Origin: the human T2T-CHM13v2.0 reference genome, Homo sapiens
DNA length: 64,000 nt
Direction: 5' to 3' (one strand)
Assembly (NCBI RefSeq): GCF_009914755.1
Contig: NC_060925.1
Part shown: positions 30,301 to 43,700 of the stretch, in pieces
Layout of the letters: each line of letters begins with the position of its first letter
Numbering within the stretch: the first letter of the stretch is position 1
The notes under the pieces: model-generated
Seen by the model: the letters and a program-made list of their open reading frames with translations, nothing else
Told to the model about the DNA's origin: nothing
Database searches by the model: none
Translations under genes and position numbers: made by a program

Positions 30301-33300
30301 ATTGAATGGAAATGAAAGGGGTCATCATCTAATGGAATCGCATGGAATCATCATCAAATGGAATCGAATGGAATCATCATCAAATGGAATCTAATGGAAT
30401 CATTGAACAGAATTGAATGGAATCGTCATCGAATGAATTGAATGCAATCATCGAATGGTCTCGAATGGAATCATCTTCTAATGGAAAGGAATGGAATCAT
30501 CGCATAGAATCGAATGGAATTATCATCGAATGGAATCGAATGGTATCAACACCAAACGGAAAAAAACGGAATTATCAAATGGAATCGAAGAGAATCTTCG
30601 AACGGACCCGAATGGAATCATCTAATGGAATGGAATGGAATAATCCATGGACTCGAATGCAATCATCATCGAATGGAATCGAATGGAATCATCGAATGGA
30701 CTCGAATGGAATAATCATTGAACGGAATCGAATGGAATCATCATCGGATGGAAACGAATGGAATCATCATCGAATGGAAATGAAAGGAGTCATCATCTAA
30801 TGGAATTGCATGGAATCATCATAAAATGGAATCGAATGGAATCAACATCAAATGGAATCAAATGGAATCATTGAACGGAATTGAATGGAATCGTCATCGA
30901 ATGAATTGACTGCAATCATCCAATGGTCTCGAATGTAATCATCTTCAAATGGAATGGAATGGAATCATCGCATAGAATCGAATGGAATTATCATCGAATG
31001 GAATCGAATGGAATCAACATCAAACGGAAAAAAACGGAATTATCGAATGGAATCGAAGAGAATCATCGAATGGACCCGAATGGAATCATCTAATGGAATG
31101 GAATGGAATAATCCATGGACTCGAATGCAATCATCATCGAATGGAATCGAATGGAATCATCGAATGGACTCGAATGGAATAATCATTGAACGGAATCGAA
31201 TGGAATCATCATCGGATGGAAATGAATGGAATCATCATCGAATGGAATCGAATAGAATTATGGAATGAAATCCAGTGTGATCATCATCGAATGGACCCGA
31301 ATGGAATCATCATCCAACGGAAGCTAATGGAATCAACATCGAATGAATCAAATGGAAACACCATCGAGTTGAAACGAATGGAATTATCATGAAATTGAAA
31401 TGGATGGACTCATCATCGAATGGATTCGAATGGAATCATCGAATAAAATTGATTGAAATCATCATCCAATGGAATCGAATGGTATCATTGAATGGAATCG
31501 AATGGAATCATCATCAGATGGAAATGAATGGAATCGTCATAGAATGGAATCGAATGGATTCATTGAATGGAATCAGATGGAATCATCGAATGGACTGGAA
31601 TGGAATCATTGAATGGACTCGAAAGGGATCATTATTGAATGGAATTGAATGGAATCATCGAATGGTCTCGATTGGAATCATTATCAAATGGAATCGAATG
31701 GAATCACCGAATAGAATCGAATGGAACAATCATCGAATGGACTCAAATGGAATTATCCTCCAATGGAATGGAATGGAATTATCGAATGCAATCGAATGGA
31801 ATTATCGAATGCAATCGAATAAAATCATCGAATGGACTCGAATGGAATCATCGAATGGAATGGAATGGAACAGTCAATGAACTCGAATGGAATCATCATT
31901 GAATGGAATCGAATGGAATCATCGAGTGGAATCGAATGGAATTATGATCAAATGGAATCGAATGTAATCATCATCAAATGGAATCAAAAATAACCATCAT
32001 CAATTGGTATTGAATGGAATTGTCATCAAATGGAATTCAAAGGAATCATCATCAAATGGAACCGAATGGAATCCTCATTGAATGGAAATGAAAGGGGTCA
32101 TCATCGAATGGAATCGCATGGAATCATCATCAAATGGAATCGAATGGAATCACCATCAAATGGAATCTAATGGAATCATTGAACAGAATTGAATGGAATC
32201 GTCATCGAATGAATTGAATGCAATCATCGAATGGTCTCGAATGGATTCATCTTCTAATGGAAAGGAATGGAATCATCGCATAGAATCGAATGGAATTATC
32301 ATCGAATGGAATCGAATGGTATCAACACCAAACGGAAAAAAACGGAATTATCGAATGGAATCGAAGAGAATCTTCGAACGGACCCGAATGGAATCATCTA
32401 ATGGAATGGAATGGAATAATCCATGGACTCGAATGCAATCATCATCGAATGGAATCGAATGGAATCATCGAATGGACTCGAATGGAATAATCATTGAACG
32501 GAATCGATTGGAATCATCATCGGATGGAAACGAATGGAATCATCATCGAATGGAAATGAAAGGAGTCATCATCTAATGGAATTGCATGGAATCATCATAA
32601 AATGGAATCGAATGGAATCAACATCAAATGGAATCAAATGGAATCATTGAACGGAATTGAATGGAATCGTCATCGAATGAATTGACTGCAATCATCCAAT
32701 GGTCTCGAATGGAATCATCTTCAAATGGAATGGAATGGAATCATCGCATAGAATCGAATGGAATTATCATCGAATGGAATCGAAGGGAATCAACATCCAA
32801 CGGAAAAAAACGGAATTATCGAATGGAATCGAAGAGAATCATCGAATGGACCCGAATGGAATCATGTAATGGAATGGAATGGAATAATCCATGGACTCGA
32901 ATGCAATCATCATCGAATGGAATCGAATGGAATCATCGAATGGACTCGAATGGAATAATCATTGAACGGAATCGAATGGAATCATCATCGGATGGAAATG
33001 AATGGAATCATCATCGAATGGAATCGAATAGAATTATGGAATGAAATCCAGTGTGATCATCATCGAATGGACCCGAATGGAATCATCATCCAACGGAAGC
33101 TAATGGAATCAACATCGAATGAATCAAATGGAAACACCATCGAATTGAAACGAATGAAATTATCATGAAATTGAAATGGATGGACTCATCATCGAATGGA
33201 TTCGAATGGAATCATCGAATAAAATTGATTGAAATCATCATCGAATGGAATCGAATGGTATCATTGAATGGAATCGAATGGAATCATCATCAGATGGAAA

Positions 33301-34240
33301 TGAATGGAATCGTCATAGAATGGAATCGAATGGATTCATTGAATGGAATCAGATGGAATCATCGAATGGACTGGAATGGAATCATTGAATGGACTCGATA
33401 GGGATCATTATTGAATGGAATTGAATGGAATCATCGAATGGTCTCGATTGGAATCATTATCAAATGGAATCGAATGGAATCACCGAATAGAATCGAATGG
33501 AACAATCATCGAATGGACTCAAATGGAATTATCCTCAAATGGAATCGAATGGAATTATCGAATGCAATCGAATGGAATTATCGAATGCAATCGAATAGAA
33601 TCATCGAATGGACTCGAATGGAATCATCGAATGGAATGGAATGGAACAGTCAATGAACTCGAATGGAATCATCATTGAATGGAATCGAATGGAATCATCG
33701 AGTGGAATCGAATGGAATTATGATCAAATGGAATCGAATGTAATCATCATCAAATGGAATCAAAAATAACCATCATCAATTGGTATTGAATGGAATTGTC
33801 ATCAAATGGAATTCAAAGGAATCATCATCAAATGGAACCGAATGGAATCCTCATTGAATGGAAATGAAAGGGGTCATCATCTAATGGAATCGCATGGAAT
33901 CATCATAAAATGGAATCGAATGGAATCAACATCAAATGGAATCAAATGGAATCATTGAACGGAATTGAATGGAATCGTCATCGAATGAATTGGATGCAAT
34001 CATCGAATGGTCTCGAATGGAATCTTCTTCAAATGGAATGGAATGGAATCATCGCATAGAATCGAATGGAATTATCATCGAATGGAATCGAATGGAATCA
34101 ACATCAAACGGAAAAAAACGGAATTATCGAATGGAATCGAAGAGAATCATCGAATGGACCCGAATGGAATCATCTAATGGAATGGAATGGAATAATCCAT
34201 GGACTCGAATGCAATCATCATCGAATGGAATCGAATGGAA
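24320..34240 (+). repeat. Approximately two tandem copies of a 5326-bp three-unit block (1774+1776+1776)
   Basis: Markers recur at +5326: CG deletion (24326/29652), ttatcaaatgg, gagttgaaacg, tggattcatc, gaaggg, ctcgatag, ttggatgca (pseudo-ORFs 25091/30417, 26867/32193, 27839/33165, 28643/33969). Confidence 0.8.
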
Positions 34241-36931
34241 TCATCGAATGAACTCGAATGGAATCATCATTGAATGGAATCGAATGGAATCATCGAGTGG
34301 AATCGAATGGAATTATGATCAAATGGAATCGAATGTAATCATCATCAAATGGAATCAAAAATAACCATCATCAATTGGTATTCAATGGAATTGTCATCAA
34401 ATGGAATTCAAAGGAATCATCATCAAATGGAACGGAATGGAATCCTCATTGAATGGAAATGAAAGGGGTCATCATCTAATGGAATCACATGGAATCATCA
34501 TCAAATGGAATCGAATGGAATCTTCATCAAATGGAATCTAATGGAATCATTGAACAGAATTGAATGGAATCGTCATCGAATGAATTGAATGCAATCATCG
34601 AATGGTCTCGAATGGAATCATCTTCTAATGGAAAGGAATGGAAACATCGCATAGAATCGAATGGAATTATCATCGAATGGAATCGAATGGTATCAACACC
34701 AAACGGAAAAAAACGGAATTATTGAAAGGAATCGAAGAGAATCTTCGAACGGACCCGAATGGAATCATCTAATGGAATGGAATGGAATAATCCATGGACT
34801 CGAATGCAATCATCATCGAATGGAATCGAATGGAATCATCGAATGGACTCGAATGGAATAATCATTGAACGGAATCGAATGGAATCATCATCGGATGGAA
34901 ATGAATGGAATCATCATCGAATGGAATCGAATAGAATTATGGAATGAAATCCAGTGTGATCATCATCGAATGGACCCGAATGGAATCATCATCCAACAGA
35001 AGCTAATGGAATCAACATCGAATGAATCGAATGGAAACACCATCGAATTCAAACGAATGGAATTACCATGAAATTGAAATGGATGGACTCATCATCGAAT
35101 GGATTCGGATGGAATCATCGAATAAAATTGATTGAAATCATCATCGAATGAAATCGAATGGTATCATTGAATGGAATCGAATGGAATCATCATCAGATGG
35201 AAATGAATGGAATCGTCATAGAATGGAATCGAATGGATTCATTGAATGGAATCAGATGGAATCATCGAATGGACTGGAATGGAATCATTGAATGGACTCG
35301 AAAGGGATCATGATTGAATGGAATTGAATGGAATCATCGAATGGTCTCGATTGGAATCATTATTAAATGGAATCGAATGGAATCACCGAATAGAATCGAA
35401 TGGAACAATCATCGAATGGACTCAAATGGAATTATCCTTAAATGGAATCGAATGGAATTATCGAATGCAATCGAATAGAATCATCGAATGGACTCGAATG
35501 GAATCATCGAATGGAATGGAATGGAACAGTCAATGAACTCGAATGGAATCATCATTGAATGGAATCGAATGGAATCATCGAGTGGAATCGAATGGAATTA
35601 TGATCAAATGGAATCGAATCTAATCATCATCAAATGGAATCAAAAATAACCATCATCAATTGGTATTGAATGGAATTGTCATCAAATGGAATTCAAAGGA
35701 ATCATCATCAAATGGAACCGAATGGAATCCTCATTGAATGGAAATGAAAGGGGTCATCATCTAATGGAATCGCATGGAATCATCATCAAATGGAATCGAA
35801 TGGAATCATCATCAAATGGAATCTAATGGAATCATTGAACAGAATTGAATGGAATCGTCATCGAATGAATTGAATGCAATCATCGAATGGTCTCGAATGG
35901 AATCATCTTCTAATGGAAAGGAATGGAATCATCGCTTAGAATCGAATGGAATTATCATCGAATGGAATCGAATGGTATCAACACCAAACGGAAAAAAACG
36001 GAATTATCGAATGGAATCGAAGAGAATCTTCGAACGGACCCGAATGGAATCATCTAATGGAATGGAATGGAATAATCCATGGACTCGAATGCAATCATCA
36101 TCGAATGGAATCGAATGGAATCATCGAATGGACTCGAATGGAATAATCATTGAACGGAATCGAATGGAATCATCATCGGATGGAAACGAATGGAATCATC
36201 ATCGAATGGAAATGAAAGGAGTCATCATCTAATGGAATTGCATGGAATCATCATAAAATGGAATCGAATGGAATCAACATCAAATGGAATCAAATGGAAT
36301 CATTGAACGGAATTGAATGGAATCGTCATCGAATGAATTGACTGCAATCATCGAATGGTCTCGAATGTAATCACATTCTAATGGAAAGGAATGGAATCAT
36401 CGCATAGAATCGAATGGAATTAACATTGAATGGACTCGAATGGAATCAACATCAAACGGAATCAAGCGGAATTATCGAATGGAATCGAAGAGAATCATCG
36501 AATGGTCTCGAATGGAATCATCTTCTAATGGAAAGGAATGGAATCATCGCATAGAATCGAATGGAATTAACATTGAATGGACTCGAATGGAATCAACATC
36601 AAATGGAATCAAGCGGAATTATCGAATGAAATCGAAGAGAATCATCGAATGGACTCGAATGGAATCATCTAATGGAATGGAATGGAATAATCCACGGACT
36701 CGAATGCAATCATCATCGTATAGAATCGAATGGAATCATCGAATGGACTCGAATGGAATAATCATTGAACGGAAGCGAATGGAATCATCATCGGATGGAA
36801 ACGAATGGAATCATCATCGAATGGAAATGAAAGGAGTCATCATCTAATGGAATTGCATGGAATCATCATAAAATGGAATCGAATGGAATCAAAATCAAAT
36901 GGAATCAAATGGAATCATTGAACGGAATTGA
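33969..36931 (+). repeat. Structurally rearranged HSat2 block, copy 2 (offset 29081 bp from copy 1)
   Basis: It has the same junctions and rare variants (ggtattcaatgg, ggaacggaatgg, aatcacatgg, tcgcttagaa, ggaatcaagcgg, ccacgg, ggaagcgaat). 4888->33969, 5784->34865 and 7359->36440 are all +29081. Confidence 0.9.
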
Positions 36932-39900
36932 ATGGAATCGTCATCGAATGAATTGACTGCAATCATCGAATGGTCTCGAATGGAATCATCTTCAAATGGA
37001 ATGGAATGGAATCATCGCATAGAATCGAATGGAATTATCATCGAATGGAATCGAATGGAATCAACATCAAACGGAAAAAAACGGAATTATCGAATGGAAT
37101 CGAAGAGAATCATCGAATGGACCCGAATGGAATCATCTAATGGAATGGAATGGAATAATCCATGGACTCGAATGCAATCATCATCGAATGGAATCGAATG
37201 GAATCATCGAATGGACTCGAATGGAATAATCATTGAACGGAATCGAATGGAATCATCATCGGATGGAAATGAATGGAATCATCATCGAATGGAATCGAAT
37301 AGAATTATGGAATGAAATCCAGTGTGATCATCATCGAATGGACCCGAATGGAATCATCATCCAACGGAAGCTAATGGAATCAACATCGAATGAATCGAAT
37401 GGAAACACCATCGAATTGAAACGAATGGAATTATCATGAAATTGAAATGGATGGACTCATCATCGGATGGATTCGAATGGAATCATCGAATAAAATTGAT
37501 TGAAATCATCATCCAATGGAATCGAATGGTATCATTGAATGGAATCGAATGGAATCATCATCAGATGGAAATGAATGGAATCGTCATAGAATGGAATCGA
37601 ATGGATTCATTGAATGGAATCAGATGGAATCATCGAATGGACTGGAATGGAATCATTGAATGGACTCGAAAGGGATCATGATTGAATGGAATTGAATGGA
37701 ATCATCGAATGGTCTCGATTGGAATCATTATCAAATGGAATCGAATGGAATCACCGAATAGAATCGAATGGAACAATCATCGAATGGACTCAAATGGAAT
37801 TATCCTCAAATGGAATCGAATGGAATTATCGAATGCAATCGAATGGAATTATCGAATGCAATCGAATAGAATCATCGAATGGACTCGAATGGAATCATCG
37901 AATGGAATGGAATGGAACAGTCAATGAACTCGAATGGAATCATCATTGAATGGAATCGAATGGAATCATCGAGTGGAATCGAATGGAATTATGATCAAAT
38001 GCAATCGAATGTAATCCTCATCAAATGGAATCAAAAATAACCATCATCAATTGGTATTGAATGGAATTGTCATCAAATGGAATTCAAAGGAATCATCATC
38101 AAATGGAACCGAATGGAATCCTCATTGAATGGAAATGAAAGGGGTCATCATCTAATGGAATCGCATGGAATCATCATCAAATGGAATCGAATGGAATCAT
38201 CATCAAATGGAATCTAATGGAATCATTGAACAGAATTGAATGGAATCGTCATCGAATGAATTGAATGCAATCATCGAATGGTCTCGAATGGAATCATCTT
38301 CTAATGGAAAGGAATGGAATCATCGCATAGAATCGAATGGAATTATCATCGAATGGAATCGAATGGTATCAACACCAAACGGAAAAAAACGGAATTATCG
38401 AATGGAATCGAAGAGAATCTTCGAACGGACCCGAATGGAATCATCTAATGGAATGGAATGGAATAATCCATGGACTCGAATGCAATCATCATCGAATGGA
38501 ATCGAATGGAATCATCGAATGGACTCGAATGGAATAATCATTGAACGGAATCGAATGGAATCATCATCGGATGGAAACGAATGGAATCATCATCGAATGG
38601 AAATGAAAGGAGTCATCATCTAATGGAATTGCATGGAATCATCATAAAATGGAATCGAATGGAATCAACATCAAATGGAATCAAATGGAATCATTGAACG
38701 GAATTGAATGGAATCGTCATCGAATGAATTGACTACAATCACCGAATGGTCTCGAATGGAATCATCTTCAAATGGAATGGAATGGAATCATCGCATAGAA
38801 TCGAATGGAATTATCATCGAATGGAATCGAATGGAATCAACATCAAACGGAAAAAAACAGAATTATCGTATGGAATCGAAGAGAATCATCGAATGGACCC
38901 GAATGGAATCATCTAATGGAATGGAATGGAATAATCCATGGACTCGAATGCAATCATCATCGAATGGAATCGAATGGAATCATCGAATGGACTCGAATGG
39001 AATAATCATTGAACGGAATCGAATGGAATCATCATCGGATGGAAATGAATGGAATCATCATCGAATGGAATCGAATAGAATTATGGAATGAAATCCAGTG
39101 TGATCATCATCGAATGGACCCGAATGGAATCATCATCCAACGGAAGCTAATGGAATCAACATCGAATGAATCGAATGGAAACACCATCGAATTGAACCGA
39201 ATGGAATTATCATGAAATTGAAATGGATGGACTCATCATCGAATGGATTCGAATGGAATCATCGAATAAAATTGATTGAAATCATCATAGAATGGAATCG
39301 AATGGTATCATTGAATGGAATCGAATGGAATCATCATCAGATGGAAATGAATGGAATCGTCATAGAATGGAATCGAATGGATTCATTGAATGGAATCAGA
39401 TGGAATCATCGAATGGACTGGAATGGAATCATTGAATGGACTCGAAAGGGATCATGATTGAATGGAATTGAATGGAATCATCGAATGGTCTCGATTGGAA
39501 TCATTATCAAATGGAATCGAATGGAATCACCGAATAGAATCGAATGGAACAATCATCGAATGGACTCAAATGGAATTATCCTCAAATGGAATGGAATGGA
39601 ATTATCGAATGCAATCGAATGGAATTATCGAATGCAATCGAATAGAATCATCGAATGGACTCGAATGGAATCATCGAATGGAATGGAATGGAACAGTCAA
39701 TGAACTCGAATGGAATCATCATTGAATGGAATCGAATGGAATCATCGAGTGGAATCGAATGGAATTATGATCAAATGGAATCGAATGTAATCATCATCAA
39801 ATGGAATCAAAAATAACCATCATCAATTGGTATTGAATGGAATTGTCATCAAATGGAATTCAAAGGAATCATCATCAAATGGAACCGAATGGAATCCTCA

Positions 39901-40779
39901 TTGAATGGAAATGAAAGGGGTCATCATCTAATGGCATCGCATGGAATCATCATCAAATGGAATCGAATGGAATCATCATCAAATGGAATCTAATGGAATC
40001 ATTGAACAGAATTGAATGGAATGGTCATCGAATGAATTGAATGCAATCATCGAATGGTCTCGAATGGAATCATCTTCTAATGGAAAGGAATGGAATCATC
40101 GCATAGAATCGATTGGAATTATCATCGAATGGAATCGAATGGTATCAACACCAAACGGAAAAAAACGGAATTATCGAATGGAATCGAAGAGAATCTTCGA
40201 ACGGACCCAAATGGAATCATCTAATGGAATGGAATGGAATAATCCATGGACTCGAATGCAATCATCATCGAATGGAATCGAATGGAATCATCGAATGGAC
40301 TCGAATGGAATAATCATTGAACGGAATCGAATGGAATCATCATCGGATGGAAACGAATGGAATCATCATCGAATGGAAATGAAAGGAGTCATCATCTAAT
40401 GGAATTGCATGGAATCATCATAAAATGGAATCGAATGGAATCAACATCAAATGGAATCAAATGGAATCATTGAACGGAATTGAATGGAATCGTCATCGAA
40501 TGAATTGACTGCAATCATCCAATGGTCTCGAATGGAATCATCTTCAAATGGAATGGAATGGAATCATCGCATAGAATCGAATGGAATTATCATCGAATGG
40601 AATCGAATGGAATCAACATCAAACGGAAAAAAACGGAATTATCGAATGGAATCGAAGAGAATCATCGAATGGACCCGAATGGAATCATCTAATGGAATGG
40701 AATGGAATAATCCATGGACTCGAATGCAATCATCATCGAATGGAATCGAATGGAATCATCGAATGGACTCGAATGGAAT

Positions 40780-43700
40780 AATCATTGAACGGAATCGAAT
40801 GGAATCATCATCGGATGGAAATGAATGGAATCATCATCGAATGGAATCGAATAGAATTATGGAATGAAATCCAGTGTGATCATCATCGAATGAACCCGAA
40901 TGGAATCATCATCCAACGGAAGCTAATGGAATCAACATCGAATGAATCAAATGGAAACACCATCGAATTGAAACGAATGGAATTATCATGAAATTGAAAT
41001 GGATGGACTCATCATCGAATGGATTCGAATGGAATCATCGAATAAAATTGATTGAAATCATCATCGAATGGAATCGAATGGTATCATTGAATGGAATCGA
41101 ATGGAATCATCATCAGATGGAAATGAATGGAATCGTCATAGAATGGAATCGAATGGATTCATTGAATGGAATCAGATGGAATCATCGAATGGACTGGAAT
41201 GGAATCATTGAATGGACTCGAAAGGGATCATTATTGAATGGAATTGAATGGAATCATCGAATGGTCTCGATTGGAATCATTATCAAATGGAATCGAATGG
41301 AATCACCGAATAGAATCGAATGGAACAATCATCGAATGGACTCAAATGGAATTATCCTCCAATGGAATGGAATGGAATTATCGAATGCAATCGAATGGAA
41401 TTATCGAATGCAATCGAATAGAATCATCGAATGGACTCGAATGGAATCACCGAATGGAATGGAATGGAACAGTCAATGAACTCGAATGGAATCATCATTG
41501 AATGGAATCGAATGGAATCATCGAGTGGAATCGAATGGAATTATGATCAAATGGAATCGAATGTAATCATCATCAAATGGAATCAAAAATAACCATCATC
41601 AATTGGTATTGAATGGAATTGTCATCAAATGGAATTCAAAGGAATCATCATCAAATGGAACCGAATGGAATCCTCATTGAATGGAAATGAAAGGGGTCAT
41701 CATCTAATGGAATCGCATGGAATCATCATAAAATGGAATCGAATGAAATCAACATCAAATGGAATCAAATGGAATCATTGAACGGAATTGAATGGAATCG
41801 TCATCGAATGAATTGGATGCAATCATCGAATGGTCTCGAATGGAATCTTCTTCAAATGGAATGGAATGGAATCATCGCATAGAATCGAATGGAATTATCA
41901 TCGAATGGAATCGAATGGAATCAACATCAAACGGAAAAAAACGGAATTATCGAATGGAATCGAAGAGAATCATCGAATGGACCCGAATGGAATCATCTAA
42001 TGGAATGGAATGGAATAATCCATGGACTCGAATGCAATCATCATCGAATGGAATCGAATGGAATCATCGAATGGACTCGAATGGAATAATCATTGAACGG
42101 AATTGATTGGAATCATCATCGGATGGAAACGAATGGAATCATCATCGAATGGAAATGAAAGGAGTCATCATCTAATGGAATTGCATGGAATCATCATAAA
42201 ATGGAATCGAATGGAATCAACATCAAATGGAATCAAATGGAATCATTGAACAGAATTGAATGGAATCGTCATCGAATGAATTGACTGCAATCATCGAATG
42301 GTCTCGAATGGAATCATCTTCAAATGGAATGGAATGGAATCATCGCATAGAATCGAATGGAATTATCATCGAATGGAATCGAATGGAATCAACATCCAAC
42401 GGAAAAAAACGGAATTATCGAATGGAATCGAAGAGAATCATCGAATGGACCCGAATGGAATCATCTAATGGAATGGAATGGAATAATCCATGGACTCGAA
42501 TGCAATCATCATCGAATGGAATCGAATGGAATCATCGAATGGACTCGAATGGAATAATCATTGAACGGAATCGAATGGAATCATCATCGGATGGAAATGA
42601 ATGGAATCATCATCGAATGGAATCGAATAGAATTATGGAATGAAATCCAGTGTGATCATCATCGAATGGACCCGAATGGAATCATCATCCAACGGAAGCT
42701 AATGGAATCAACATCGAATGAATCGAATGGAAACACCATCGAATTGAAACGAATGGAATTATCATGAAATTGAAATGGATGGACTCATCATCGAATGGAT
42801 TCGAATGGAATCATCGAATAAAATTGATTGAAATCATCATCCAATGGAATCGAATGGTATCATTGAATGGAATCGAATGGAATCATCATCAGATGGAAAT
42901 GAATGGAATCGTCATAGAATGGAATCGAATGGATTCATTGAATGGAATCAGATGGAATCATCGAATGGACTGGAATGGAATCATTGAATGGACTCGAAAG
43001 GGATCATGATTGAATGGAATTGAATGGAATCATCGAATGGTCTCGATTGGAATCATTATCAAATGGAATCGAATGGAATCACCGAATAGAATCGAATGGA
43101 ACAATCATCGAATGGACTCGAATGGGCTCAAATGGAATTATCCTCCAATGGAATCGAATGGAATTATCGAATGCAATCGAATGGAATTATCGAATGCAAT
43201 CGAATAGAATCATCGAATGGACTCGAATGGAATCATCGAATGGAATGGAATGGAACAGTCAATGAACACGAATGGAATCATCATTGAATGGAATCGAATG
43301 GAATCATCGAGTGGAATTGAATGGAATTATGATCAAATGGAATCGAATGTAATCATCATCAAATGGAATCAAAAATAACCATCATCAATTGGTATTGAAT
43401 GGAATTGTCATCAAATGGAATTCAAAGGAATCATCATCAAATGGAACCGAATGGAATCCTCATTGAATGGAAATGAAAGGGGTCATCATCTAATGGAATC
43501 GCATGGAATCATCACCAAATGGAATCGAAAGGAATCATCATCAAATGGAATCTAATGGAATCATTGAACAGAATTGAATGGAATCGTCATCGAATGAATT
43601 GAATGCAATCATCGAATGGTCTCGAATGGAATCATCTTCTAATGGAAAGGAATGGAATCATCGCATAGAATCGAATGGAATTATCATCGAATGGAATCGA

